64,000 bases of DNA from Bacteroidales bacterium (GCA_038245405.1 JBBRSO010000001.1:9199-73198); one strand, 5' to 3'. Shown: positions 38,963-46,825, counted from the first letter of the stretch. A program made the numbers and translations. The notes: generated by a model not told the origin, from the letters alone.

Positions 38963-39558
38963 AAGAATTGTCACTAAACATACTGGATATAGCTCAGAAC
39001 TCAATAAGGGCTGAAGCAGATGAAATTACCATAGAAATCAGAGAATCGGTACGGGATGATCTTTTCAGAATAACAATAACGGACAATGGTAATGGGATAC
39101 CTGAGGAAGTTATGGCCAATGTTACTGATCCTTTTGTAACAACCCGCACAAAGAGAAGAATGGGTCTGGGGCTTCCATTACTAAAATACCACGCTGAGCT
39201 TGCCGGGGGAAAATTAGAGATCAGCTCTGAGAGTGGAGCCGGAACAGAAGTTGTAGCTGATTTTTCATTCAGGCACTTTGACAGACAGCCGCTTGGAGAT
39301 ATTGTGGGTGTCCTTATTATATTAATCGCATCAAATGAAAAAATCAATTTCAAATATATACACATCACTGAAAAAGGACGGTACAGATTTTGCACACTTG
39401 AAACAAAGGAATATTTGGAAATTGAAACACTAAACGACAGAATTTTACTTGAAGAAATACGTTCTATGATAGTGGAAAATCTTAAAGCAATTAATGCATC
39501 AGATATAAGTACAAAAGAAAGTTGCTATGCGCTTTCTAAGATTCTGAAAAATGAATAA
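38959..39558 (+). CDS. GHKL-type ATPase domain protein (histidine-kinase-like ATPase without HisKA)
   Basis: N-box LDIAQNSIRAEA, G1 DNGNGIPEE, DPFVTTR, G2 GLGLPLLKY. Confidence 0.75.
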   Translation: MKELSLNILDIAQNSIRAEADEITIEIRESVRDDLFRITITDNGNGIPEEVMANVTDPFVTTRTKRRMGLGLPLLKYHAELAGGKLEISSESGAGTEVVADFSFRHFDRQPLGDIVGVLIILIASNEKINFKYIHITEKGRYRFCTLETKEYLEIETLNDRILLEEIRSMIVENLKAINASDISTKESCYALSKILKNE

Positions 39559-39624
39559 ATTTAGAATAGCAAATCCTGCAAAGGAAATGCACATAATTAA
39601 AATTAAACTTAACAGATAAAGAGA

Positions 39625-40026
39625 ATGTCAAAAATCACGTCACTCGCGGACCTGAAGAAGAAACGCGAAGAATTAAAAACCGGGTTGGACATCCGGGTTA
39701 AAGCCAATGATCCTGACAAACTGGTTCAGGTAAAAGTTGCTATGGCAACTTGCGGCATAGCCTCTGGCGCCAAGACCGTCATGGAATTTTTCCTGGAACA
39801 GCTTGACAGGAGGAATGTAGCGGCTGTTGTAACGCAAACCGGCTGTATGGGTTACTGCTATGCAGAACCGACAATTGAAGTAAAGCTTCCCGGGCAGGAG
39901 CCTGTGGTATTTGGTTTTGTCGATCTGAAAAGGGCCGACCAGATAATTGAGAAATACATTAAAACAGGTGAACTGGTGGATGGTATCATTCCTGTTAATT
40001 ATCAAACTATTGACTTAAAAGAATAA
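39625..40026 (+). CDS. hndB: Thioredoxin-like [2Fe-2S] ferredoxin subunit (HndB-like)
   Basis: 133 aa. Cys pattern MATCGIASGA ... TGCMGYCYAEP. Lies immediately upstream of the NuoF-like subunit. Confidence 0.8.
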   Translation: MSKITSLADLKKKREELKTGLDIRVKANDPDKLVQVKVAMATCGIASGAKTVMEFFLEQLDRRNVAAVVTQTGCMGYCYAEPTIEVKLPGQEPVVFGFVDLKRADQIIEKYIKTGELVDGIIPVNYQTIDLKE

Positions 40027-40038
40027 GGAGGAAAAAGT

Positions 40039-41832
40039 ATGTCAAAATACAGTATGCATCTTCTGGTTTGCGGTGGCACAGGTTGCCATGCTTCAGAAAG
40101 CGATGCTATTGTCTGCAATTTAAGAGATGAGCTCGAAGCAAAAGGCCTCATGGATACTGTCCAGGTTATAATGACAGGATGTTTTGGTTTTTGTGAAAAA
40201 GGGCCAATCGTGAAAGTTATGCCTGACAATACATTCTATGTACAGGTAAAACCCGAAGATGCGCAGACGATCGTTGAAGAACATGTAATTAAAGGAAGAA
40301 AAGTAACAAGGCTTTTATATAAAGACCCAACAACTAAAGAATCAATTTCCGATTCAAAACATATGGGCTTTTTCAAAAAGCAGATGAGAATAGTTCTTCG
40401 CAATTGCGGATTTATTAATCCCGAAAACATCGATGAATATATTGCTCGTGACGGTTATCAGGCATTGGGTAAAGTTTTGTCGGAAATGACTCCTGAGGAA
40501 GTTATTAAGGAAGTCAAAGATTCAGGTCAGAGAGGACGTGGCGGAGCAGGATTTTCAACAGGATTGAAATGGGAACTTGCACGTAAGAATCAGTCGGATG
40601 AGAAGTATGTTGTCTGCAACGCTGATGAAGGTGATCCCGGAGCATTCATGGACCGTTCAGTGCTTGAAGGTGATCCACATTCAGTACTTGAGGCAATGGC
40701 CATTTGCGGATACAGTATCGGCGCTTCAAACGGACTGATCTATATTCGCGCTGAATATCCGCTTGCTATTGCCAGATTGAAAATAGCAATCAACCAGGCA
40801 AGGGAATATGGCTTGCTTGGCAATGATATCATGGGAACTGGTTTCAACTTCGATATAAAGCTTCGTTTTGGAGCCGGTGCATTCGTGTGCGGTGAAGAAA
40901 CAGCGCTTATTCATTCGATGGAAGGTCTTCGCGGAGAACCGACAGTTAAACCTCCATTCCCGGCAGAAGCAGGTTTTCTTGGCAAGCCTACCAACGTAAA
41001 TAATGTTGAGACTTTCGCTGCAATACCTGCAATTATTCTTAAAGGAGCAAAATGGTTCAGCAGTATTGGTACTGAAAAATCAAAAGGCACAAAGGTATTT
41101 GCACTCGCAGGAAAAATCAACAATGTTGGTCTCATAGAAGTTCCTATGGGAACCACACTGAGAGAGGTGATTTTCGAGATTGGCGGTGGAATAAGGGATG
41201 GTAAAAAATTCAAAGGAATTCAAACCGGAGGACCTTCAGGTGGTTGTCTTTCTGAAAAACATCTCGATACACCTATCGACTTTGATAACCTTATTGCAGC
41301 CGGTTCAATTATGGGTTCAGGTGCAATGATCGTTCTCGATGAAGATGATTGTATGGTATCTATGGCGAAATTTTTCCTTGAATTCACTGTTGAAGAGTCA
41401 TGCGGAAAATGTGCGCCTTGCAGAATCGGAAACAAAAGGCTGCATGAGCTTCTTGGCCAGATCTGCGAAGGGAAAGGCAAAATGGAAGACCTCGACAGAC
41501 TGAAGAATATGAGTATTGTGATAAAAGATACATCACTCTGCGGTCTTGGACAGACTTCACCAAACCCTGTACTTTCAATGATGGATAACTATTACGATGA
41601 ATATGTGGCGCATGTGAGAGATAAGAAATGTCCCGCAGGCCAATGCAAGAGCCTGATGGAATATATCGTCAACATTGAAAACTGTGTAGGTTGCACAGCA
41701 TGCGCAAGAGTTTGTCCTGTGAATGCGATCTCCGGTGAAAGAAAAGAGGTTCATCATATTGATCCTTCTGTATGCATAAAATGTGGTGCCTGCATGGAGA
41801 AATGTAAGTTTGATGCAATATTTATCAATTAA
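40039..41832 (+). CDS. hndC: NAD(P)H-binding flavoprotein subunit of [FeFe]-hydrogenase (NuoF-like; HydB/HndC)
   Basis: N-terminal thioredoxin-like 2Fe-2S (VCGGTGCHA...GCFGFCEKGP). FMN/NADH site GRGGAGFSTGLKW, CNADEGDPGAF. N3 cluster ESCGKCAPCR. Two C-terminal ferredoxin motifs (CVGCTACARVCP, CIKCGACMEKC). Confidence 0.92.
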   Translation: MSKYSMHLLVCGGTGCHASESDAIVCNLRDELEAKGLMDTVQVIMTGCFGFCEKGPIVKVMPDNTFYVQVKPEDAQTIVEEHVIKGRKVTRLLYKDPTTKESISDSKHMGFFKKQMRIVLRNCGFINPENIDEYIARDGYQALGKVLSEMTPEEVIKEVKDSGQRGRGGAGFSTGLKWELARKNQSDEKYVVCNADEGDPGAFMDRSVLEGDPHSVLEAMAICGYSIGASNGLIYIRAEYPLAIARLKIAINQAREYGLLGNDIMGTGFNFDIKLRFGAGAFVCGEETALIHSMEGLRGEPTVKPPFPAEAGFLGKPTNVNNVETFAAIPAIILKGAKWFSSIGTEKSKGTKVFALAGKINNVGLIEVPMGTTLREVIFEIGGGIRDGKKFKGIQTGGPSGGCLSEKHLDTPIDFDNLIAAGSIMGSGAMIVLDEDDCMVSMAKFFLEFTVEESCGKCAPCRIGNKRLHELLGQICEGKGKMEDLDRLKNMSIVIKDTSLCGLGQTSPNPVLSMMDNYYDEYVAHVRDKKCPAGQCKSLMEYIVNIENCVGCTACARVCPVNAISGERKEVHHIDPSVCIKCGACMEKCKFDAIFIN

Positions 41833-41843
41833 CGAATAGAAGA

Positions 41844-43622
41844 ATGGAAACGATAAAGCTTACGATTGATAATAAAGAGATTGATGTACCAAAAGGTACT
41901 ACAATATATAAAGCTGCAAAAGAGCTGGGAATTGAAATCCCAACCTTATGCTATATGGAGTTGCACGATATGAATATTGAAAACAAACCTGCAGGTTGCA
42001 GGATTTGTGTTGCAGAAGTTTCAGGAAGAAGAAACCTTGCTCCTTCATGTTCAACGAATTGCGAACCCGGAATGGTTGTGAAAACACACACCCCAAGAGT
42101 GCTGAACGCAAGAAGAACTGTAATGGAATTTATACTTTCCGACCATCCAAAGGATTGTCTGATCTGTTCCAAATCGGGTAATTGCGAACTTCAGGATATG
42201 GCTCACAAGCTTGGTATCAGAGAAATTCCCGGTACAGAGTATGCTGCAACATCAACATACAGAATGGATACTTCGCCTTCGATCATCAGAAACCTCGACA
42301 AATGTATTATGTGCCGTCGTTGCGAGATGATGTGTAATGATGTGCAGACTGTCGGCGCTATTTCTGCTGTTAACAGAGGCTTCATGGCTACAGTTGCTCC
42401 TGCTTTTGAACAGAACCTTGAGCATTCTACATGTACTTACTGCGGTCAGTGCGTGTCGGTTTGCCCCACAGGCGCTCTTACTGAAGTAAACCATGTTCCT
42501 CAGGTGCTCAGAGCACTTGTTGATCCTACAAAGACTGTAATAGTACAAACCGCGCCTGCTGTTCGTGCTGCTCTGGGTGAAGAATTCGGAATGGCTCCGG
42601 GAACACTTGTCACGGGAAAGATGACCGCTGCACTTAGAGCATTAGGCTTTGACTATGTATTCGATACCGACTTTGCAGCCGACCTTACCATTATGGAAGA
42701 AGGCACAGAGCTACTTGACAGGCTCAGCAGACACCTCAAAGGCGATACAACTGCTAAGATTCCAATTCTGACATCATGCTGCCCGGGATGGGTTAACTTC
42801 TTTGAAGAGTACTTCCCCGATTTGAAAGATGTCCCTTCAACTGCAAAATCACCTCAGCAGATGTTCGGCGCTATCGCAAAAACATACTTTGCCGACAAGA
42901 TTGGCGTAAATAGAAAAGATCTGGTTGTAGTTTCAATTATGCCATGTCTTGCCAAAAAATATGAATGCCAGAGGGATGAGTTTTCAGTTGACGGTAATCC
43001 TGATGTTGATTTTTCAATTTCTACCAGAGAACTGGCTTCATTCATCAAACAGGCGAATATTGATATCAAAACACTTCATGATGAAGAGTTTGATTCACCT
43101 ATGGGCGAATCAACCGGTGCCGGAGTTATTTTTGGTACAACGGGTGGTGTTATTGAAGCAGCTTGCCGCACAGCATATGAACTCTATACAGGCAAAAAGC
43201 TTGAAAGGCTCGACTTCACAGAACTCAGAGGGATGGAAGGTGTCCGTTCAGCAACTATCGATTTCGATGGACTTCCTGTAAAAATTGGTATTGCACATGG
43301 TTTAGGAAATGCAAGAAAATTGCTTAATGACGTCAGAGAAGGCAAATCACAATTTCATGCTATTGAAGTCATGGCCTGCCCCGGAGGATGTATTGGTGGC
43401 GGCGGACAGCCACTGCACCATGGAAACTCTGAGATCCTTAAAGCACGTTCTGCCGCAATATATGCGGAAGACAAGAAAAAACCCCTCAGGAAATCACACG
43501 AGAATCCTTTTATTATAAAGCTGTATGACGAGTTTCTCGGCAAGCCGGGAAGTGAAAAAGCACATCATTTGCTTCACACAGAATACTTTGACAAACAGAA
43601 AAAGGTCGTAATTAAAAAATAG
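41844..43622 (+). CDS. hydA: [FeFe]-hydrogenase catalytic subunit (group A, M3-type)
   Basis: N-terminal 2Fe-2S. His-ligated cluster HPKDCLICSKSGNCELQ. Two 4Fe-4S motifs (CIMCRRCEMMC, CTYCGQCVSVCP). All three H-cluster motifs are intact: TSCCPGW, MPCLAKKYE, EVMACPGGCIGGGGQP. Confidence 0.95.
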   Translation: METIKLTIDNKEIDVPKGTTIYKAAKELGIEIPTLCYMELHDMNIENKPAGCRICVAEVSGRRNLAPSCSTNCEPGMVVKTHTPRVLNARRTVMEFILSDHPKDCLICSKSGNCELQDMAHKLGIREIPGTEYAATSTYRMDTSPSIIRNLDKCIMCRRCEMMCNDVQTVGAISAVNRGFMATVAPAFEQNLEHSTCTYCGQCVSVCPTGALTEVNHVPQVLRALVDPTKTVIVQTAPAVRAALGEEFGMAPGTLVTGKMTAALRALGFDYVFDTDFAADLTIMEEGTELLDRLSRHLKGDTTAKIPILTSCCPGWVNFFEEYFPDLKDVPSTAKSPQQMFGAIAKTYFADKIGVNRKDLVVVSIMPCLAKKYECQRDEFSVDGNPDVDFSISTRELASFIKQANIDIKTLHDEEFDSPMGESTGAGVIFGTTGGVIEAACRTAYELYTGKKLERLDFTELRGMEGVRSATIDFDGLPVKIGIAHGLGNARKLLNDVREGKSQFHAIEVMACPGGCIGGGGQPLHHGNSEILKARSAAIYAEDKKKPLRKSHENPFIIKLYDEFLGKPGSEKAHHLLHTEYFDKQKKVVIKK

Positions 43623-43655
43623 TAAAAATATTCGACAATAATAAAATTCACGGTT

Positions 43656-44138
43656 ATGTCTCATATAAAAATAGAATTAAGAAAAGATGATGTGGACTTT
43701 ATAAAAGGAGTATGCACTACTTTTAATAATGATCCCCAGGAACTCATAAATGTCCTCCATTCATGTCAGGAGCACTTCGGATATCTTCCGGCAGAAATAC
43801 AGGAAGTTGTTTCAGAGGGACTCAACATGCCCGTCGCAAAGGTATATGGAGTAGTAACCTTCTATTCATTCTTCACAATGACTCCAAAAGGCAAACACCC
43901 TATAAGTATTTGCCTGGGAACAGCATGCTATGTAAGAGGTGCTGAAAAAGTTCTCGACGAGTTTAAAAAAGAACTTGGAATACAGGTAGGTCAGTCAACA
44001 ACTGATAACAAATTTTCATTGTCAAGCCTCAGATGCGTTGGCGCATGCGGACTGGCACCTGTTGTGCTTGTTGGCGAAAAGACTTACGGAAGGGTTGCCC
44101 CTGACGATGTCAAAAACATACTTAAAGAATACGAATAG
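43656..44138 (+). CDS. hndA: NuoE-like [2Fe-2S] subunit of the hydrogenase (HydC/HndA)
   Basis: 160 aa. CLGTACYVRGA ... LRCVGACGLAP, typical of the NuoE/HoxE family. Confidence 0.9.
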   Translation: MSHIKIELRKDDVDFIKGVCTTFNNDPQELINVLHSCQEHFGYLPAEIQEVVSEGLNMPVAKVYGVVTFYSFFTMTPKGKHPISICLGTACYVRGAEKVLDEFKKELGIQVGQSTTDNKFSLSSLRCVGACGLAPVVLVGEKTYGRVAPDDVKNILKEYE

Positions 44139-44142
44139 AGGA

Positions 44143-44173
44143 ATTGCAGATTGCACATTGGGGATTGCAGATT
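44143..44173. repeat. Heptamer array (ATTGCAG ATTGCAC ATTGGGG ATTGCAG ATT)
   Basis: Read directly from the sequence. It begins 5 nt after the hndA stop, upstream of the terminator. Confidence 0.4.
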
Positions 44174-44213
44174 TTACATTTCCCCGATATGCATTTAAAG
44201 CTGAATTAGATTT

Positions 44214-44246
44214 AAACCGGGATGAGTTTTCTTCCCGGTTTTTTTT
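44214..44246 (+). terminator. Rho-independent terminator of the hydrogenase operon
   Basis: AAACCGGGA / TCCCGGTTT 9-bp stem, 10-nt loop, then a T8 run. Confidence 0.7.
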
Positions 44247-44304
44247 GGTCATGCCAAGGTGTGGCCAATAATGAAGAAAACCAAAACTTTCTTAGATTTA
44301 CACC

Positions 44305-44619
44305 ATGATCGGAAAATACAAAATCATCACTCTGTGCGGTAGCACAAAATTCAAGGACGAGTTTATAGCTGAACAAAAGCGGCTTACCCTTGAAGGAGAT
44401 ATCGTTATCAGTGTCGGTTTATTTGGTCATTCAGGCGACAAGGAAGTATGGTCTGAGGGAACCAAGCAAATGCTCGACGATATGCATAAGAGGAAGATTG
44501 ATCTGGCGGATGAGATCTTTGTTATCAATGTGGGGGGTTATATTGGTTCTTCGACGAAGAGCGAGATAGAGTACGCAATGAAGACAGGGAAATTTGTGAG
44601 GTATATGGTGGAGCTATGA
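44305..44619 (+). CDS. Small hypothetical protein, possibly of the nucleoside 2-deoxyribosyltransferase-like / DUF4406-like fold
   Basis: 104 aa. The LCGSTKF N-terminal strand-loop and the overall alpha/beta pattern recall small Rossmann-like orphan proteins. This is weak and unverified. Confidence 0.4.
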   Translation: MIGKYKIITLCGSTKFKDEFIAEQKRLTLEGDIVISVGLFGHSGDKEVWSEGTKQMLDDMHKRKIDLADEIFVINVGGYIGSSTKSEIEYAMKTGKFVRYMVEL

Positions 44620-44630
44620 GATTGCTTCGC

Positions 44631-46457
44631 TCATTTTCTTCCATTGCGCCGTTGCGCCGTTGCGCCTTTGACCCGTTGAACCGTTGCGCCTTTGGGCCTT
44701 TCTTTATACCAGAAAAAATATTCCTTCTGACGTCGTTTATCATCAATGCTTCTGGCAACATATACTTTCTTCCCTGTGTAAGGATCAAGCCCTGTATAGT
44801 ACATTAATGTCGAAAGAGTCATCGGAGTCGGTGTGAAGTCCTGAACCTGCTCGGGCTTAATACCCATGCTTTTTACCTCCCTCTCCAACTCTTTCATATC
44901 ATCATCGGTGCAACCGGGATGTGCTGAAATAAAATATGGCATTATTTCGCAGCGGAGATCATTCTTCATTTTGATTCCATCGAAACGCTTTTTAAGTTTT
45001 TTGAAAAGATCGAAGGGAGCCTTTCTCATATATGAGAGGACATGTGACGATGTATGTTCCGGTGCAACTTTCAATCTTCCTGAGACATGATTTTTTATCA
45101 GTTCTTCCAGATATTCACCTTCATCTCTTCCTGCCTTTTTGTTCCATTCAGGAAAGAGAAGATCATACCTCACTCCGCTTCCGATAAATGACTTTTTGAT
45201 TCCCTTTAATCCATCTACCTTGCGGTAAAGGGCAGTAAGCTCTTTATGACTGGTATTCAGATTCTGACAAACGGATGGCCAGATACATGAAGGTCTTGAA
45301 CAAACCTGGCAGATCTTCCTATCGCTGCCTTTCATCCTGTACATATTCGCTGAAGGGCCTCCCAGATCAGTAAGAACACCTTTAAAATCCGGCAGCTTCG
45401 AGATTGTTTCAATCTCCATTAGTATAGATCGCTCCGACCTGCTTATAATCTGTTTACCCTGATGTGATGCTATTGCGCAAAAGCTGCAGCCGCCGAAACA
45501 CCCGCGATGAATATTCACTGAAAACTTTATCATCTCATAAGCCGGTATGTCTTCCTTTTTATTGTAACGCGGATGAGGAAGATACATATAAGGAAGATCA
45601 AATGATCGATCAACTTCGTCTTCCTCCATTGGCGGAAAAGGTGGATTGACCACAATCTTTATATCTCCTGAGATCTCATTCAGCCGTGAAGAATTCAGCT
45701 TATTTGATTCCTTTTCGAACTTTACAAAATTCTCGGAGAAGAGTGCTTTCTCCGTAATGCATTTTTCAAATGAATTAAGAGAGATATCTCTCCACAAATT
45801 TTGTTCAGGAAGTGGTTCATCTTTGCCTATGCTTACTGCTGTTTGGGGTATCGTTTTCAGACTTACAAATGGAGCACCTTTTATCAATAATCGCAAAAGT
45901 TCACGCAGTGGCTGCTCACCCATTCCATAAATCAGTAAATCAGCACTGCTGCTCTGGAGTATGGAAGGTTCAAGCTTGTCTTTCCAGTAGTCGTAGTGTG
46001 TCAGCCTTCTCATTGAAGCCTCAATTCCTCCTATAACCACAGGAACATCAGGAAATAGCTGTTTAAGAATTTTTGTATAAACAATTGTCGGATAGTCGGG
46101 TCTGAAGCCCGATTTTCCACCGGGAGTATAGGCATCATCGGATCTCAGCCTGCGGGCAGCGGTATAGTGATTTACCATGGAGTCCATATTACCGGCTGTA
46201 ACACCGAAGAAGTACCTTGGTTTCCCCATCTTGCGAAAGTCTCTGAGATCGTCCTGCCAGTTTGGTTGCGGAACAATTGCAACTTTTAATCCTTCTGCTT
46301 CAATTATCCTTCCGATAACTGCAGCGCCAAATGAAGGATGATCAACATAAGCATCTCCGCTGAATATAATTACATCAAGATCTTTCCATCCCAGCAGATC
46401 AACCTCTTTATTAGTTGTAGGCAGCCATTTACTATTGAAATTGTTCTGAGTTTTCAC
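44631..46457 (-). CDS. ygiQ: YgiQ-family radical SAM protein (UPF0313)
   Basis: N-terminal LPTT..E...GW...D....SGDAYVDHPSFG signature. Radical SAM triad in HRGCFGGCSFCAI. The last ~22 codons are encoded by an octamer repeat array. Confidence 0.88.
   Translation of the reverse strand: MKTQNNFNSKWLPTTNKEVDLLGWKDLDVIIFSGDAYVDHPSFGAAVIGRIIEAEGLKVAIVPQPNWQDDLRDFRKMGKPRYFFGVTAGNMDSMVNHYTAARRLRSDDAYTPGGKSGFRPDYPTIVYTKILKQLFPDVPVVIGGIEASMRRLTHYDYWKDKLEPSILQSSSADLLIYGMGEQPLRELLRLLIKGAPFVSLKTIPQTAVSIGKDEPLPEQNLWRDISLNSFEKCITEKALFSENFVKFEKESNKLNSSRLNEISGDIKIVVNPPFPPMEEDEVDRSFDLPYMYLPHPRYNKKEDIPAYEMIKFSVNIHRGCFGGCSFCAIASHQGKQIISRSERSILMEIETISKLPDFKGVLTDLGGPSANMYRMKGSDRKICQVCSRPSCIWPSVCQNLNTSHKELTALYRKVDGLKGIKKSFIGSGVRYDLLFPEWNKKAGRDEGEYLEELIKNHVSGRLKVAPEHTSSHVLSYMRKAPFDLFKKLKKRFDGIKMKNDLRCEIMPYFISAHPGCTDDDMKELEREVKSMGIKPEQVQDFTPTPMTLSTLMYYTGLDPYTGKKVYVARSIDDKRRQKEYFFWYKERPKGATVQRVKGATAQRRNGRK
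44643..44698. repeat. Octamer array (KTTGCGCC x7, the complement of GGCGCAAM)
   Basis: attgcgcc gttgcgcc gttgcgcc tttgaccc gttgaacc gttgcgcc tttgggcc. It lies inside the 3' end of the ygiQ ORF. Confidence 0.65.
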
Positions 46458-46493
46458 GGTGCTAATTTAATCAAATATTTTGGCTTTATTTAT

Positions 46494-46572
46494 CTGTGTA
46501 ACTCTGTAGTTCTGTGTGTAACTCTGTGTAAGTTCTTTTATTTTTTTTGTTACACAGAGAAGCATAGAGCAC
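46494..46572. repeat. CACAGAG-type hairpin element, copy 1
   Basis: CTCTGTGTAA (46522-46531) pairs perfectly with TTACACAGAG (46550-46559). The flanking arms are ~10-bp periodic CTGTG/CACAG units. It shares AACTCTGTGTAAGTTCTT with the reverse complement of 53557-53651. Confidence 0.65.
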
Positions 46573-46594
46573 CTATCCCATCAATCTTTCCTCA

Positions 46595-46662
46595 GCAACC
46601 CCCCAACCCCCCATTTGGGGGGCTCCACACACTGGCAGTTTTCAAAGTCCCCCAATTGGGGG
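46595..46662. repeat. C5/G5 double-hairpin intergenic element, copy 2
   Basis: GCAACCCCCCAACCCCCC-attt-GGGGGG ... CCCCC-aatt-GGGGG. Same layout as 30681-30749. Confidence 0.6.
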
Positions 46663-46731
46663 ATTTAGGGGGTTGTCATGGTTAAAGGGATTTAGGGGGT
46701 TGTCATGGTTAAAGGGATTTAGGGGTTGCAT
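46660..46731. repeat. 27-bp tandem repeat (GGGATTTAGGGGGTTGTCATGGTTAAA, ~2.6 copies)
   Basis: Copies at 46660-46686 and 46687-46713 are identical. A third, partial copy has a 1-nt deletion. Confidence 0.7.
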
Positions 46732-46825
46732 CTCTTCATCAGAAACGGTCTGATTATTGCATATATGAATTCTACATGATTTATGATAAATTGTCATTCA
46801 TCATCAAAAGATTAAAAGGAAGAAT

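Noticed and set aside
201-43543. Numerous 60-170-aa ORFs antisense to or nested in the large genes (for example 201-464, 1145-1516, 17118-17438, 37093-37605, 38994-39395, 42252-2548-type entries)
   Set aside because: They lie wholly inside well-supported genes on the opposite strand or in another frame. They have skewed composition and no motifs. They are shadow ORFs.
44525-44807. ORFs 44525-44788 (minus) and 44616-44807 (plus) with KAQRFNGSKAQRRNG / LRRCAFDPLNRCAF
   Set aside because: These are alternative-frame translations of the octamer array and overlap ygiQ or the small upstream gene.
44631-46457. Radical SAM gene next to the hydrogenase as a possible HydE/HydG maturase
   Set aside because: The N-terminal GDAYVDHPSFG signature and overall layout are YgiQ/UPF0313, not HydE/HydG. 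It is also on the opposite strand, beyond a terminator.
46338-46685. 115-aa ORF (plus) spanning the ygiQ start and the repeat hotspot
   Set aside because: It is antisense to the ygiQ N-terminus and then runs through the CACAGAG and C5/G5 repeats (SVVLCVTLC, PPNPPFGGL). It is a phantom ORF.
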